From the NCBI GenBank assembly GCA_964458565.1, contig CAYWJO010000019.1, positions 1-56,401 of the forward strand: a stretch of 56,401 bases of DNA. The letters run 5' to 3'. The position numbers and the translations under genes were made by a program. The notes below the pieces were generated by a model. The model saw nothing but the letters and a program-made list of their open reading frames with translations. It made no database searches and was not told where the DNA came from. Every line of letters begins with the position of its first letter. The first letter of the stretch is position 1. This DNA is from an uncultured archaeon. GTDB lineage: Archaea > Asgardarchaeota > Thorarchaeia > Thorarchaeales > Thorarchaeaceae. Shown in pieces: positions 40,499 to 49,170 of this stretch.

Positions 40499-43174
40499 GT
40501 GATTCCTATGAGTTCCATACGAAGGGAGGACCTTGGTCTTGCTGAGTTGAGAAAACAACTGAAAGCACTGAGTAATAGATATGCTGTCGATATTCTCAGA
40601 GTCTTAAATCCCGGTACAGGGGAAGTAATTCCTAGTCTTAGTTGGGATCATCTTTTTGATGGCATCCTCGAACTTGATGGTACTTCAAGACCTGAATCGA
40701 CTAGGTCTGGTGAGAAAACATCAGCGCTAGCCCAATATCAGAAGAAACGCAAAGCACTGGTTTCAGGAGGGACCATATATGAAACCATGAACAAGCTCAT
40801 CCGAGCTGAATTCGTGATTGCTTCTGGCTCAAGGGGGAAAAAGAACAGAGAATTCATGATAACTCAACAGGGTCGCCAAGCGTTAGCAGCCGTCGGAGGT
40901 ATGCTAGGACCTAATTCTGCTGATACAGATGTTCAGAAAGCTGCTAAGATTCTCCTCAAGCATAAGAATTTCGTTTCTCTTTTACCTGCACAAGAAAAAT
41001 TCGTCAGAGAGATAGAGAGTGTTTCTGGAAATTTGATAATTCAGATGCCACCAGGATCAGGAAAGACGTTTCTCGCCATGATCATCATTCTTTTGAAATT
41101 GAAGGAAGGAAGTAGATGCCTTTACCTTACTCCGTATACATCCCTGAGCCGCCAGATTATTGATGAGTATAGTGACCTCTTTGCAGAACTAGGATATTCC
41201 ATAGTTCGTCATGATGGCCAACACAGAGCATCCATTGAAGACTTAGAGTCCGCAAATATGGTCGTATCAGTCTTTGAGAACTATCTCTCAGCACAGATGA
41301 GAGGACGTCAATGGACGAAAGATTTTGGATTGGTTGTTGTTGATGAGTTGACAACTCTTGAATCAACAGGACCCATTCGTCAAGCACGTAATTTAGGAAC
41401 TGATAGGAGTACAAAGCTCGATTGTGTTATTGCTATGATCAAAGATGAAGTACAGATTGTCACATTATCATCAAGATTTGGAGATACCGAATTGGTGGCG
41501 GATTGGTTGAATGCGTCTGTATTCAAACCGAGTTTCCGACTTACACCTGATGAGTTCATAGTAAAGATGAATGATGAGTTTGTGGATATCTATAGTAGTG
41601 ATGGCACACAGAACTCAAGATTGCAGGCAGATAGTGCTACAGATGCGGTGCTTCAGCATATCGCCGATGAGAAGAAATCAATTCTTTTTGTAGTTGGATC
41701 ACGTTTTGAGGCAGAAATGCTAGCTAACAGAATAGGTCGAGATTATCCTCAAAAAATAGCGGACGACGTTGTCACGAGCATTGTTGGACACGAGGAGAGT
41801 CTCCCCGTAACGCAACAACTGAAGACCACCCTAATGAACGGCATTGCGTTTCATCACTCAGGAATAGCTCCCCCAGTTAGGGAGAGACTCGAACGAAGTA
41901 TAAGACAGGGGATTGTTCGAAAAGTTGTTTCTACAACAGGCATCACTGCAGGAATGAGCTTCCCATTCGATTGTGTGGTAATATATTTCGATTATACACT
42001 CTACTACGTTTCAGCAAGGTCAAGATATCTGCAGATAGCAGGTAGAATCGGGGAATATCACTTATCTAAATATGGGGGCAGTGTATACCTGATCTTTTTA
42101 GAACCTAGGCAGTTTCAGAATGCGGATGCTATGGAGGAGATTTTGCTTCATAAACCATTAGAACCGCTTTACCCAGGTGAGTTTTATCCCGCACTCATTG
42201 CAAATTTGATAATGACTATAGCTGCGTCCAAGAAGCCAATGAATAGAAATCAATTGAAAAAGGCAGTTCTCGATATTGTAGAGAAGTCTTTACGAAATCA
42301 CATGGATGAGCACTATGAGGAAAAAATGGAATCTATGTTCAAGCCTATTTTCGAGTGGGTAGTAAAAACGGGAATCTTGGTTAAGAAAGATGAAAAATAC
42401 ACGCTGGAAAGAAGAGCAAAAGCAGCCACCGAATCAGGAATAAGCATCATCGACTATGTAGAAGTTCGAGAGTTACTTGATAATGTACAGCCTGATAGCA
42501 GCGATGAAGAACTTGTTGACCTGATATTGAATTTTGAGATTCCACAATCAATCAGACCAAGAAGCACAATCCCCACCGACATCGAAATCAAATCATCAGG
42601 ACTAGAACCACCAGATGATTGGTACAAAGAACTTGCTCATCAGAGAAGTGCAGTCAAGAAACAAGTTTTGATGAACTGGATTGATGAAATTGGAATCAAG
42701 TGGGTATTAGAGGAAGCGCAGAAACTATCTGAGAGTATTCAGGTTGGAGGAAAGCCAATGGGAGGAGTGGACTTGGGAGAAGGAGATCTACAATATTTCG
42801 TGGAAGTTGTTTCAAATCTTTCGTCAGATCTTAGTATGTTCGTTTCTTCCATTAACAAGAAAGCTGTAGCAAAAAGACTCCTGCAGTTCAGTAGACAGAT
42901 AAAATACGGTGTTAAGAGTGACCTCGCAGAAAGCGACCTTCTTGATCTGCAAGTTATTGTGAATAGAGATTTACCACCTAAGAACCTGCTAAGAGAAGAG
43001 GCAAGAACACTTTTTGATAATGGGTACCGCAATGTTAACGAGGTTGTGCGAAAGGAAATAGATTCCACGAAAGAGGGATTAGCGAGGGATAGATTTGCTG
43101 AAAAATCAGGGCTGGATATTCAATTTGCGAAGGCAATATACAGAGCTTCTTTGCAACATCTTCATGACAGCTGA
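40499..43174 (+). CDS. Ski2/Hel308-like SF2 helicase with N-terminal winged-HTH
   Basis: LKALSN...IL plus wing in the first ~130 aa; PPGSGKT, VVVDELT, GIAFHHSGI, QIAGRIG. Confidence 0.85.
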   Translation: MIPMSSIRREDLGLAELRKQLKALSNRYAVDILRVLNPGTGEVIPSLSWDHLFDGILELDGTSRPESTRSGEKTSALAQYQKKRKALVSGGTIYETMNKLIRAEFVIASGSRGKKNREFMITQQGRQALAAVGGMLGPNSADTDVQKAAKILLKHKNFVSLLPAQEKFVREIESVSGNLIIQMPPGSGKTFLAMIIILLKLKEGSRCLYLTPYTSLSRQIIDEYSDLFAELGYSIVRHDGQHRASIEDLESANMVVSVFENYLSAQMRGRQWTKDFGLVVVDELTTLESTGPIRQARNLGTDRSTKLDCVIAMIKDEVQIVTLSSRFGDTELVADWLNASVFKPSFRLTPDEFIVKMNDEFVDIYSSDGTQNSRLQADSATDAVLQHIADEKKSILFVVGSRFEAEMLANRIGRDYPQKIADDVVTSIVGHEESLPVTQQLKTTLMNGIAFHHSGIAPPVRERLERSIRQGIVRKVVSTTGITAGMSFPFDCVVIYFDYTLYYVSARSRYLQIAGRIGEYHLSKYGGSVYLIFLEPRQFQNADAMEEILLHKPLEPLYPGEFYPALIANLIMTIAASKKPMNRNQLKKAVLDIVEKSLRNHMDEHYEEKMESMFKPIFEWVVKTGILVKKDEKYTLERRAKAATESGISIIDYVEVRELLDNVQPDSSDEELVDLILNFEIPQSIRPRSTIPTDIEIKSSGLEPPDDWYKELAHQRSAVKKQVLMNWIDEIGIKWVLEEAQKLSESIQVGGKPMGGVDLGEGDLQYFVEVVSNLSSDLSMFVSSINKKAVAKRLLQFSRQIKYGVKSDLAESDLLDLQVIVNRDLPPKNLLREEARTLFDNGYRNVNEVVRKEIDSTKEGLARDRFAEKSGLDIQFAKAIYRASLQHLHDS

Positions 43175-43178
43175 TATC

Positions 43179-43685
43179 TCATATCTTTCCGAATTCCCAT
43201 AGCGCATCTCCAACATGGTGTCGTGACATAACTACCTTCCCACCAGAACTCTCTTGCATCTCGTGGGCATCCATCTTTGCGATTCCCACGGCTAGAGGTT
43301 TTCCATGGGTTTCATCAACAATCGCCACAACAGACCCTTGTTTGATTGTAGCATCGATATTTGTGACTCCAGGACGCATTATATCCGCACCATTCACAAC
43401 GAACTTGACGGCACCCATATCTACTGTAATTTTTGGGATTTTCACGATTCCAGCCAATAATGCACGAAGAGACGGAATCATTATCTTTTCCTCTTCAAAG
43501 AATAGAATTTCACCATCTAAAAGAATGATACGAGATCCATCATCAAGAATCCCTTCTTCGAATCGCGATGAATCATCAAGATTTGTAATTTCAGTATCGA
43601 GTTCTTTCTCAAGTTGCTCTAGTAATATCTTCTGAGCTTTTTTCTTCATTAGATGTCGTTTACGTATCTTTTCAATAGCTGGCAT
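43179..43685 (-). CDS. PUA-domain RNA-binding protein (DUF1947 / MCT-1-like)
   Basis: VDMGAVKFVVNGADIMRPG, HHVGD.LW; start chosen at MPAIEK. Confidence 0.9.
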   Translation of the reverse strand: MPAIEKIRKRHLMKKKAQKILLEQLEKELDTEITNLDDSSRFEEGILDDGSRIILLDGEILFFEEEKIMIPSLRALLAGIVKIPKITVDMGAVKFVVNGADIMRPGVTNIDATIKQGSVVAIVDETHGKPLAVGIAKMDAHEMQESSGGKVVMSRHHVGDALWEFGKI

Positions 43686-43821
43686 TTCAATGATAGAGTG
43701 AATGGTATCCTTTTGAAAGCTACGCATCTCATACTGAAATCGTCAGAGGTTGTGTGCCATCGTCATGTTTTTAAGCCAAGCACCAAGACTAAGCCGAACG
43801 TTGTGAGCTGATGCTCCCAAT

Positions 43822-44091
43822 GTGTCTTCTATGATGGTGAATTCATTGAATGCAGCTAAACCTACGGAGTTACTCCATGTTTCAATTGGAGCACAAGTTC
43901 TGGTTGAAATGAAAGGTCGGAGAAAAATAAGAGGCAAACTACGCGGGTACGACCAACATCTGAATCTCATCATTGAGGATGCAGACGAGATTTCCTTCAA
44001 CGAAGAAACAGAGGAGGAAACAGTCTTACCGATAGAAACGGTGATTGTGCGAGGTGATAATGTAGTCATTGTATCACCACCGCCCGAATAA
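43822..44091 (+). CDS. Sm/Lsm protein (SmAP1)
   Basis: GKLRGYDQHLNL, VIVRGDNVV; upstream of rpl37e. Confidence 0.94.
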   Translation: MSSMMVNSLNAAKPTELLHVSIGAQVLVEMKGRRKIRGKLRGYDQHLNLIIEDADEISFNEETEEETVLPIETVIVRGDNVVIVSPPPE

Positions 44092-44110
44092 TAGGATGGA
44101 GTAGGCAAAT

Positions 44111-44299
44111 ATGGGAAAGGGCACCCCGTCAAAAGGAAAGAAAAATAATCCACATCACATTCGTTGCAGAAGATGCGGCAGGCGATCATATCATGTTAGG
44201 CATAAGCAGTGTGCCGCCTGTGGATTTGGGGCATCTGCTAGACTCCGTCAATTCAACTGGGCTCACAAGAAAGTCCATGGAACACGTGTGCGTGGTTAA
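44111..44299 (+). CDS. rpl37e: 50S ribosomal protein L37e
   Basis: [26 protein letters not shown]. Confidence 0.97.
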   Translation: MGKGTPSKGKKNNPHHIRCRRCGRRSYHVRHKQCAACGFGASARLRQFNWAHKKVHGTRVRG

Positions 44300-44573
44300 A
44301 TTTAGTTCGCATCCATTGGATAAAAATCGTCAGTAAACAAGTTTTAGAAGGATTCCGCATCTGATTATTTTCTTGAAATCATGGTAGTTCCTGAAAGAAT
44401 CAACTTTTTCCATTGCTTCTTTAGTATCTATACGATACAGATATTCAATCTCTTTAGTATCCGTCAACCCTGATACATCACACGAATTTCGTTAAAAACA
44501 AGTTTTTCGTGTTTGCAGACCTAGAGTTATATATCTAGACATGTTCTGTAACATCATTAAGGGGAATCAGACC

Positions 44574-45479
44574 ATGTCAGAGATTATCATAGGATATACA
44601 ACAGTACATGGTGACATAGACACCAAAATTTTCCCGACTGATACAACCGAAATAAAACTAATCCTCCGTGATATGAAATCCATTGATCTCTCACCAGTAA
44701 AGAATTGTAAACATCTGCAGAATTTTATACTAAATCAAAGTCAAGCAGAAGAGATTGATCTTTCACCTTTATCAGAGTGTAGTGAACTCCAGAGAGTTTA
44801 CATGGAGAACAATCAGCTACGCAGCTTGGACATGACTCCACTTGGTATGTGTTCCAACTTGCAGTCTGTATATATCGAAGAACGCAATCTTGAATCTGTA
44901 GATTTGGCACCTCTATCAAATTGCTCTAAGCTATGCAATATAGCACTTCAGCGGATTCAGGCTACAGAACTTGACCTAGCCCCCTTAAGTCACTGTAAGG
45001 ATTTGGAGAATATCTCATTTATGGCAGAATACCTGACCAGCATTGACCTTAGTCCTCTAAAGGAATGTCCCAAACTGAGAACGGTTTCGGTCTGTGGAGA
45101 GAAGATACCGTCAATTGACCTATCATTTGCACATCATACCCCCAGACTAGAGGAACTTGCGATTGTCTCTACTCATATACCAGAAATCGATCTTACGCCT
45201 TTGAGTAGTTGTGAGAATCTACACAAACTCTGGATTCAAGATTCTGGAATACATGAGATCAATTTAGACCCTCTGCAGCAGTGTGTCAATCTCATTGGAG
45301 TGTGGCTCAATGGCAATTCATTGAAGGAGGTTGATGTGTCACCTCTCTTTATGTGTACTAACTTAGGAATAATTGAGCTTGATGAGGATACCATACCTAT
45401 TGCACAGAATCATTTGGGAGATATGAGTGTACTCTCAGCAGGAATTAGTGAGATTGTGGATAGAATAGAGTGGTTCTAA
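44574..45479 (+). CDS. Leucine-rich repeat protein
   Basis: About 11 repeats of 22 aa, consensus L..IDL.PL..C..L..(L/I); start chosen at ATG 44574. Confidence 0.9.
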   Translation: MSEIIIGYTTVHGDIDTKIFPTDTTEIKLILRDMKSIDLSPVKNCKHLQNFILNQSQAEEIDLSPLSECSELQRVYMENNQLRSLDMTPLGMCSNLQSVYIEERNLESVDLAPLSNCSKLCNIALQRIQATELDLAPLSHCKDLENISFMAEYLTSIDLSPLKECPKLRTVSVCGEKIPSIDLSFAHHTPRLEELAIVSTHIPEIDLTPLSSCENLHKLWIQDSGIHEINLDPLQQCVNLIGVWLNGNSLKEVDVSPLFMCTNLGIIELDEDTIPIAQNHLGDMSVLSAGISEIVDRIEWF

Positions 45480-45491
45480 GACCCATATCCT

Positions 45492-45977
45492 CTAACCATA
45501 AGACACTGTACCATAGAAGATGCTCGGTAGCTTTCTCTTGGAAATCTTCCTGATTACATCCCGAACATCCTTTGGAGCTTTTAAGACGCCATACACCTTG
45601 ATACTATCAAGTGTCTTCTCAATTACCTCAGCATCGATGTCCTCATCTAGGATAAGCATCCCAACAGAATGAATACGGAGTCTCTTTCCTTCACCAAGTG
45701 CACCTTCGAGTGTAGACCTATTTAATTTGAACACACCAATCATTGAGATTTGCTTTATCCCTGATTCTTCATCTTCATCCGCATCTTGATCACTCGTTAT
45801 CTGTTCAATCCGAGTTCTGATATAATCATCATGAGAATCAAGAGCCTTCCTGATTGCAGAACGTATGAATTCAGCACGGCTGGGGTAAGTCCCTGATTCA
45901 ATGAGAATATCGATTCTTCCTAACTCCACAGGAGGGAGATTTATCGTTAGTTTTTCCATTGGAACATCTTCAAACAT
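45492..45977 (-). CDS. CopG/ribbon-helix-helix transcriptional regulator
   Basis: EKLTINLPPVELGRIDILIESGTYPSRAEFIRSAIR. Confidence 0.88.
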   Translation of the reverse strand: MFEDVPMEKLTINLPPVELGRIDILIESGTYPSRAEFIRSAIRKALDSHDDYIRTRIEQITSDQDADEDEESGIKQISMIGVFKLNRSTLEGALGEGKRLRIHSVGMLILDEDIDAEVIEKTLDSIKVYGVLKAPKDVRDVIRKISKRKLPSIFYGTVSYG

Positions 45978-46172
45978 TATTAAGCACCCATGATTGTATT
46001 TTTATAGATGTTATAGAACATCCCTATAGATTTTCTAGGGAATCCTAAGTTAATAAAACTTCCCTCCTGAGTAACTATTTTGCGAATCATTAGTAGAAGG
46101 AGAGTAACTATTCATCTCAGTTCACTCCACAATTCTTTTAACCGTTCGACAACGAACTGCGAATCACATGAA

Positions 46173-46278
46173 GGGCCGGTAGTTCAGCCTGGTAGAATGC
46201 CTCCTTGGCACTTGTGTCGCACTTCGCGTGCATCCAAAGTGGAGGAGGTCACGAGTTCAAATCTCGTCCGGTCCACCA
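46173..46278 (+). tRNA. tRNA-Ala(GGC) with a 29-nt canonical 37/38 intron (46211-46239); CCA encoded
   Basis: GGGCCGG/CCGGTCC stem with G3:U70; CCTCC-TTGGCA^T-GGAGG; ACGAG-TTCAAAT-CTCGT; BHB helix TTGG/CCAA. Confidence 0.95.
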
Positions 46279-46288
46279 TACTCCTTTT

Positions 46289-46669
46289 TCACCTATCTGA
46301 TTCACTTAATGATACGATTTTCTCTTCACTTTGGGTTCTCATTTTGTATCCTACATAGAGCCCATACCATAAGAATGCAGTAACCGTCCAAAATAGACTC
46401 AAGATTAACAACAGGATGATGAAATTCGGTATGCCTATAGCAACAAGCGGCCAGTAGTATGTAACGAGCACAGTAATCAGTGTGACAATGGGTGTAAAGC
46501 ATACACCTACGTGGAAAGTCCCTGCCATTCTACATTCGAATGAACAAAATTGTTTTTCCCGATTGGAAATGCTAGACTGGAATGATCTTCCACACCACCT
46601 ACATCGAGATCGGTCATCACCATTCTTACCGTTTTTCTGAGCTTGATTAACTAATATTACCTCCCACAA
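46289..46669 (-). CDS. Small membrane protein with CxxC...FCSxxC zinc finger and two TMs (cassette 1)
   Basis: CRWCGRSF...FCSFECR followed by two hydrophobic helices. Confidence 0.7.
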   Translation of the reverse strand: MWEVILVNQAQKNGKNGDDRSRCRWCGRSFQSSISNREKQFCSFECRMAGTFHVGVCFTPIVTLITVLVTYYWPLVAIGIPNFIILLLILSLFWTVTAFLWYGLYVGYKMRTQSEEKIVSLSESDR

Positions 46670-46752
46670 GCTTTCACTAGCATATCAGAATCTAGATAGA
46701 AAAGGATTCTTCCCTTAAAGGAATACTTCTACACGCTCACTTAGCATTCCTA

Positions 46753-46794
46753 GCATGGAGGAGGTCGCGAGTTCGAATCACGCCCGGTCCACCA
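46753..46794 (+). repeat. tRNA-Ala 3'-half copy (att-like site 1)
   Basis: GCATGGAGGAGGTCGCGAGTTCGAATCACGCCCGGTCCACCA matches the intron-less tRNA-Ala 3' half with 4 substitutions. Confidence 0.92.
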
Positions 46795-46804
46795 TCACTT
46801 CTTC

Positions 46805-48208
46805 TCATACAGTCTTTTTCCTTAGGATTAGTACCATTACAAGAATACTAATGGCACCACCAGTAAAAATGATGATGATAAAAGTCGCATCGAATAATGG
46901 TAAATTAGACGTTGTAGTGATGGTGGTTGTTATTGGACTCGAGAGATTAGATGTTGTAGTGATGGTGGTTGTTATTGGACTTGAGGAATTTGTGGATATT
47001 ATAGGACTAGGATCATGATAAACTGCTAAATCGAATGAGGTATTGTACCTGTCAGTTCCGAGGGTGATAATATAACCAGGAATGGATGCATCGATCCAAA
47101 CGTCTGGATTACCCACAGATGTTTTCCACCAGTTAATCGGACCTAGACTTTGATTCCAAACTTTATTTCCATCTGAATCATAATTCAGTAGATGAACCTC
47201 ATTTCCATATGAGGACTCTTGCAGGAGGATGTAGAGTCCACCATTACATCCTGTAGCCACAGATGCACAAAACCAGTGTTTGTCCCCCAGATAGGAATCA
47301 GTAGCACTCCAGATATGATCACCAAGATTGTTATAGAAGTCAATATTGAATTCATTGTTCCAATCAGATATGCTGAGGGTATAGAAAGAACCATCAGGTC
47401 TAATGGTCATATAGCTTTTTGATCCAATCGACCACATCTGATTGCCATCAGAGTCCCATTTTATGATGAAATCTTCACTTAAAGTATAGATATATCCCAT
47501 TTCATCAACTTGTACATCAGAACCCCACTCGAAATCACCTGTTCCACTCCATATTTTACTCCATAAGACTAATCCAGATGGAGATATCTTCGTTAGCATT
47601 CCTCTTGATTCTTCAATGCAAGAACCACATGTGGTAGATTCCCCACCAATTATGTATATAGATCCTGAACTATCCGCTGCGATAATGTGGCCATATTCAT
47701 TATAATCTAAAGGTCCCCATATGACATTACCATCATAATCCCATTTCTGTAGACCATTCCTGCTATTTGTATAGATGAATACTCCATCAGTTGCCATTGA
47801 CCGAGCATCATCATTGATAATTGTTCGATTCCATTGTTGATTCAATTCAAGATCCCATTTTACAAGATGAAATGTTTCTTCTGTCACAACTGTTGAAGAT
47901 GATGTATCAAAATGTGCGCAGAATCCAAGTGTGAATATCGCATTATTTGAAGTTACCACCATTCCTTGCCACAAAAAGACTGATGAGTCATATCCATCCA
48001 GATGATACCTCCATGTAGTAGAATGTGCTGGTAGGAATATCTCCGATGTGTTTGTTAGTGTTGTAGTCAGATTTCGACGATTCGCAGTATTATCGGGTAT
48101 ATTGAGACCATATTTTGTAAGACGAAGATTGTTTCCATCGATCATATATATCCCTGAAAATAGAATAATCAGAATGATGAAACAGATCCCGAAATTCTTA
48201 ATATTCAT
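46805..48208 (-). CDS. Membrane-anchored beta-propeller-like surface protein (cassette 2)
   Basis: True start ATG 48208 (SD GGAG); N-terminal signal/TM; repeated K(W/Y)D..GN..W blades; Thr-rich stalk; C-terminal TM plus RKK. Confidence 0.8.
   Translation of the reverse strand: MNIKNFGICFIILIILFSGIYMIDGNNLRLTKYGLNIPDNTANRRNLTTTLTNTSEIFLPAHSTTWRYHLDGYDSSVFLWQGMVVTSNNAIFTLGFCAHFDTSSSTVVTEETFHLVKWDLELNQQWNRTIINDDARSMATDGVFIYTNSRNGLQKWDYDGNVIWGPLDYNEYGHIIAADSSGSIYIIGGESTTCGSCIEESRGMLTKISPSGLVLWSKIWSGTGDFEWGSDVQVDEMGYIYTLSEDFIIKWDSDGNQMWSIGSKSYMTIRPDGSFYTLSISDWNNEFNIDFYNNLGDHIWSATDSYLGDKHWFCASVATGCNGGLYILLQESSYGNEVHLLNYDSDGNKVWNQSLGPINWWKTSVGNPDVWIDASIPGYIITLGTDRYNTSFDLAVYHDPSPIISTNSSSPITTTITTTSNLSSPITTTITTTSNLPLFDATFIIIIFTGGAISILVMVLILRKKTV
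46904..46985. repeat. 42-bp tandem duplication encoding SSPITTTITTTSNL twice
   Basis: ATTAGA(C/T)GTTGTAGTGATGGTGGTTGTTATTGGACT(C/T)GAG at 46904 and 46946. Confidence 0.9.
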
Positions 48209-48294
48209 GAGAACTCCAAACCAACAAGAAAAGGTAGTATGCTTTCTAAAATAAGTTCTTGTGCTTGTCGGGACATATAAATCAACAGAACAGC

Positions 48295-48323
48295 CGCGTG
48301 TTCGAATCTCGCCCGGTCCACCA
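48295..48323 (+). repeat. tRNA-Ala 3'-end copy (att-like site 2)
   Basis: CGCGTGTTCGAATCTCGCCCGGTCCACCA: T arm, 3' acceptor strand and ACCA. Confidence 0.9.
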
Positions 48324-48329
48324 TTTATT

Positions 48330-48989
48330 CTAAGGATAACATAGATTCCAACCGGGTTGATACGTATGAACAAGTTCCATTATCTCAGTATATGAATCAT
48401 CTGAAAAGAAAGGCCTAGGACAGGTTGCTTCTCCATCGTATACTGCGAAGTGGATGTGTGCACCACCACCCACCTGCAGAAACTCACCGAGTGTATCCCC
48501 TTTAGCGACCCAATCACCCACTTCAATATCTAACATTGCAATTTGACGATCCACTACAGATGAATTTGTAGTCCACGGTTCAAATACGTATCCGATTTGT
48601 ATAGTCTCATTGAATCTGATTGAAACATGGATCATGTAAATGTTATCTGCTGGACCGGTGTCAGTCCATGATATCTCTTCCACAAGACCCGGTGCAGCAG
48701 CTTGTACCATAGACCTGTTCTTGAAAGCAAAATCAAGTCCATTATGTACAGCTCCCCAAGGGCAAGAGGTGCTTTCACTATATCCTCCATTCCAATTAAG
48801 GATGTCAGATCGGTTTGTGTAAATTACACCCATATAATTCAGATTGGTAGAATCGTAACGTCCTTCATTATCAAAGAGACCATCCTCTCCATCTGGATTA
48901 TTGGAGTCACCTCCATACTGCATATACAGTATGACAGCTGCAACAATTATAATCATGAAAATGAGTATGGCGCTGGTTTTTTTCTGCAT
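48330..48989 (-). CDS. M23-family metallopeptidase-like exported protein (cassette 3)
   Basis: N-terminal signal/TM; HNGLDF (HxxxD), VQAAAPG.V, V.VGD.V.KGD.LG, HIHF (HxH). Confidence 0.8.
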   Translation of the reverse strand: MQKKTSAILIFMIIIVAAVILYMQYGGDSNNPDGEDGLFDNEGRYDSTNLNYMGVIYTNRSDILNWNGGYSESTSCPWGAVHNGLDFAFKNRSMVQAAAPGLVEEISWTDTGPADNIYMIHVSIRFNETIQIGYVFEPWTTNSSVVDRQIAMLDIEVGDWVAKGDTLGEFLQVGGGAHIHFAVYDGEATCPRPFFSDDSYTEIMELVHTYQPGWNLCYP

Positions 48990-49170
48990 ACTCGTTTCGC
49001 ATTCAAAACATGCTCAAAAACTTGCTCATAATATAGTATGGAGAGAGTTGTTTGTAATATCACGCTTGGTTAATCACTTCTGGATACGATTATTCAGACC
49101 CGTAAACAAACTTTTAGCGAATCCAAGAGTACTAGAAATCATTTTAATCAGAGTTTAAGGATTATTCCGT

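Noticed and set aside
46080-46358. 92-aa ORF, and the similar 46755-47018 ORF sharing 'EEV.SSN..RSTI'
   Set aside because: These are translations of the tRNA-Ala sequence and its copy, not proteins.
46746-46794. Fragment 1 as a split-tRNA half for trans-splicing
   Set aside because: It has a T-stem mismatch and no complementary leader or BHB partner, and a complete tRNA-Ala gene is adjacent.
48209-48373. N-terminal 55 aa of the 522-aa ORF call
   Set aside because: It runs through the tRNA fragment and overlaps the M23 gene; the SD and signal peptide point to ATG 48208.
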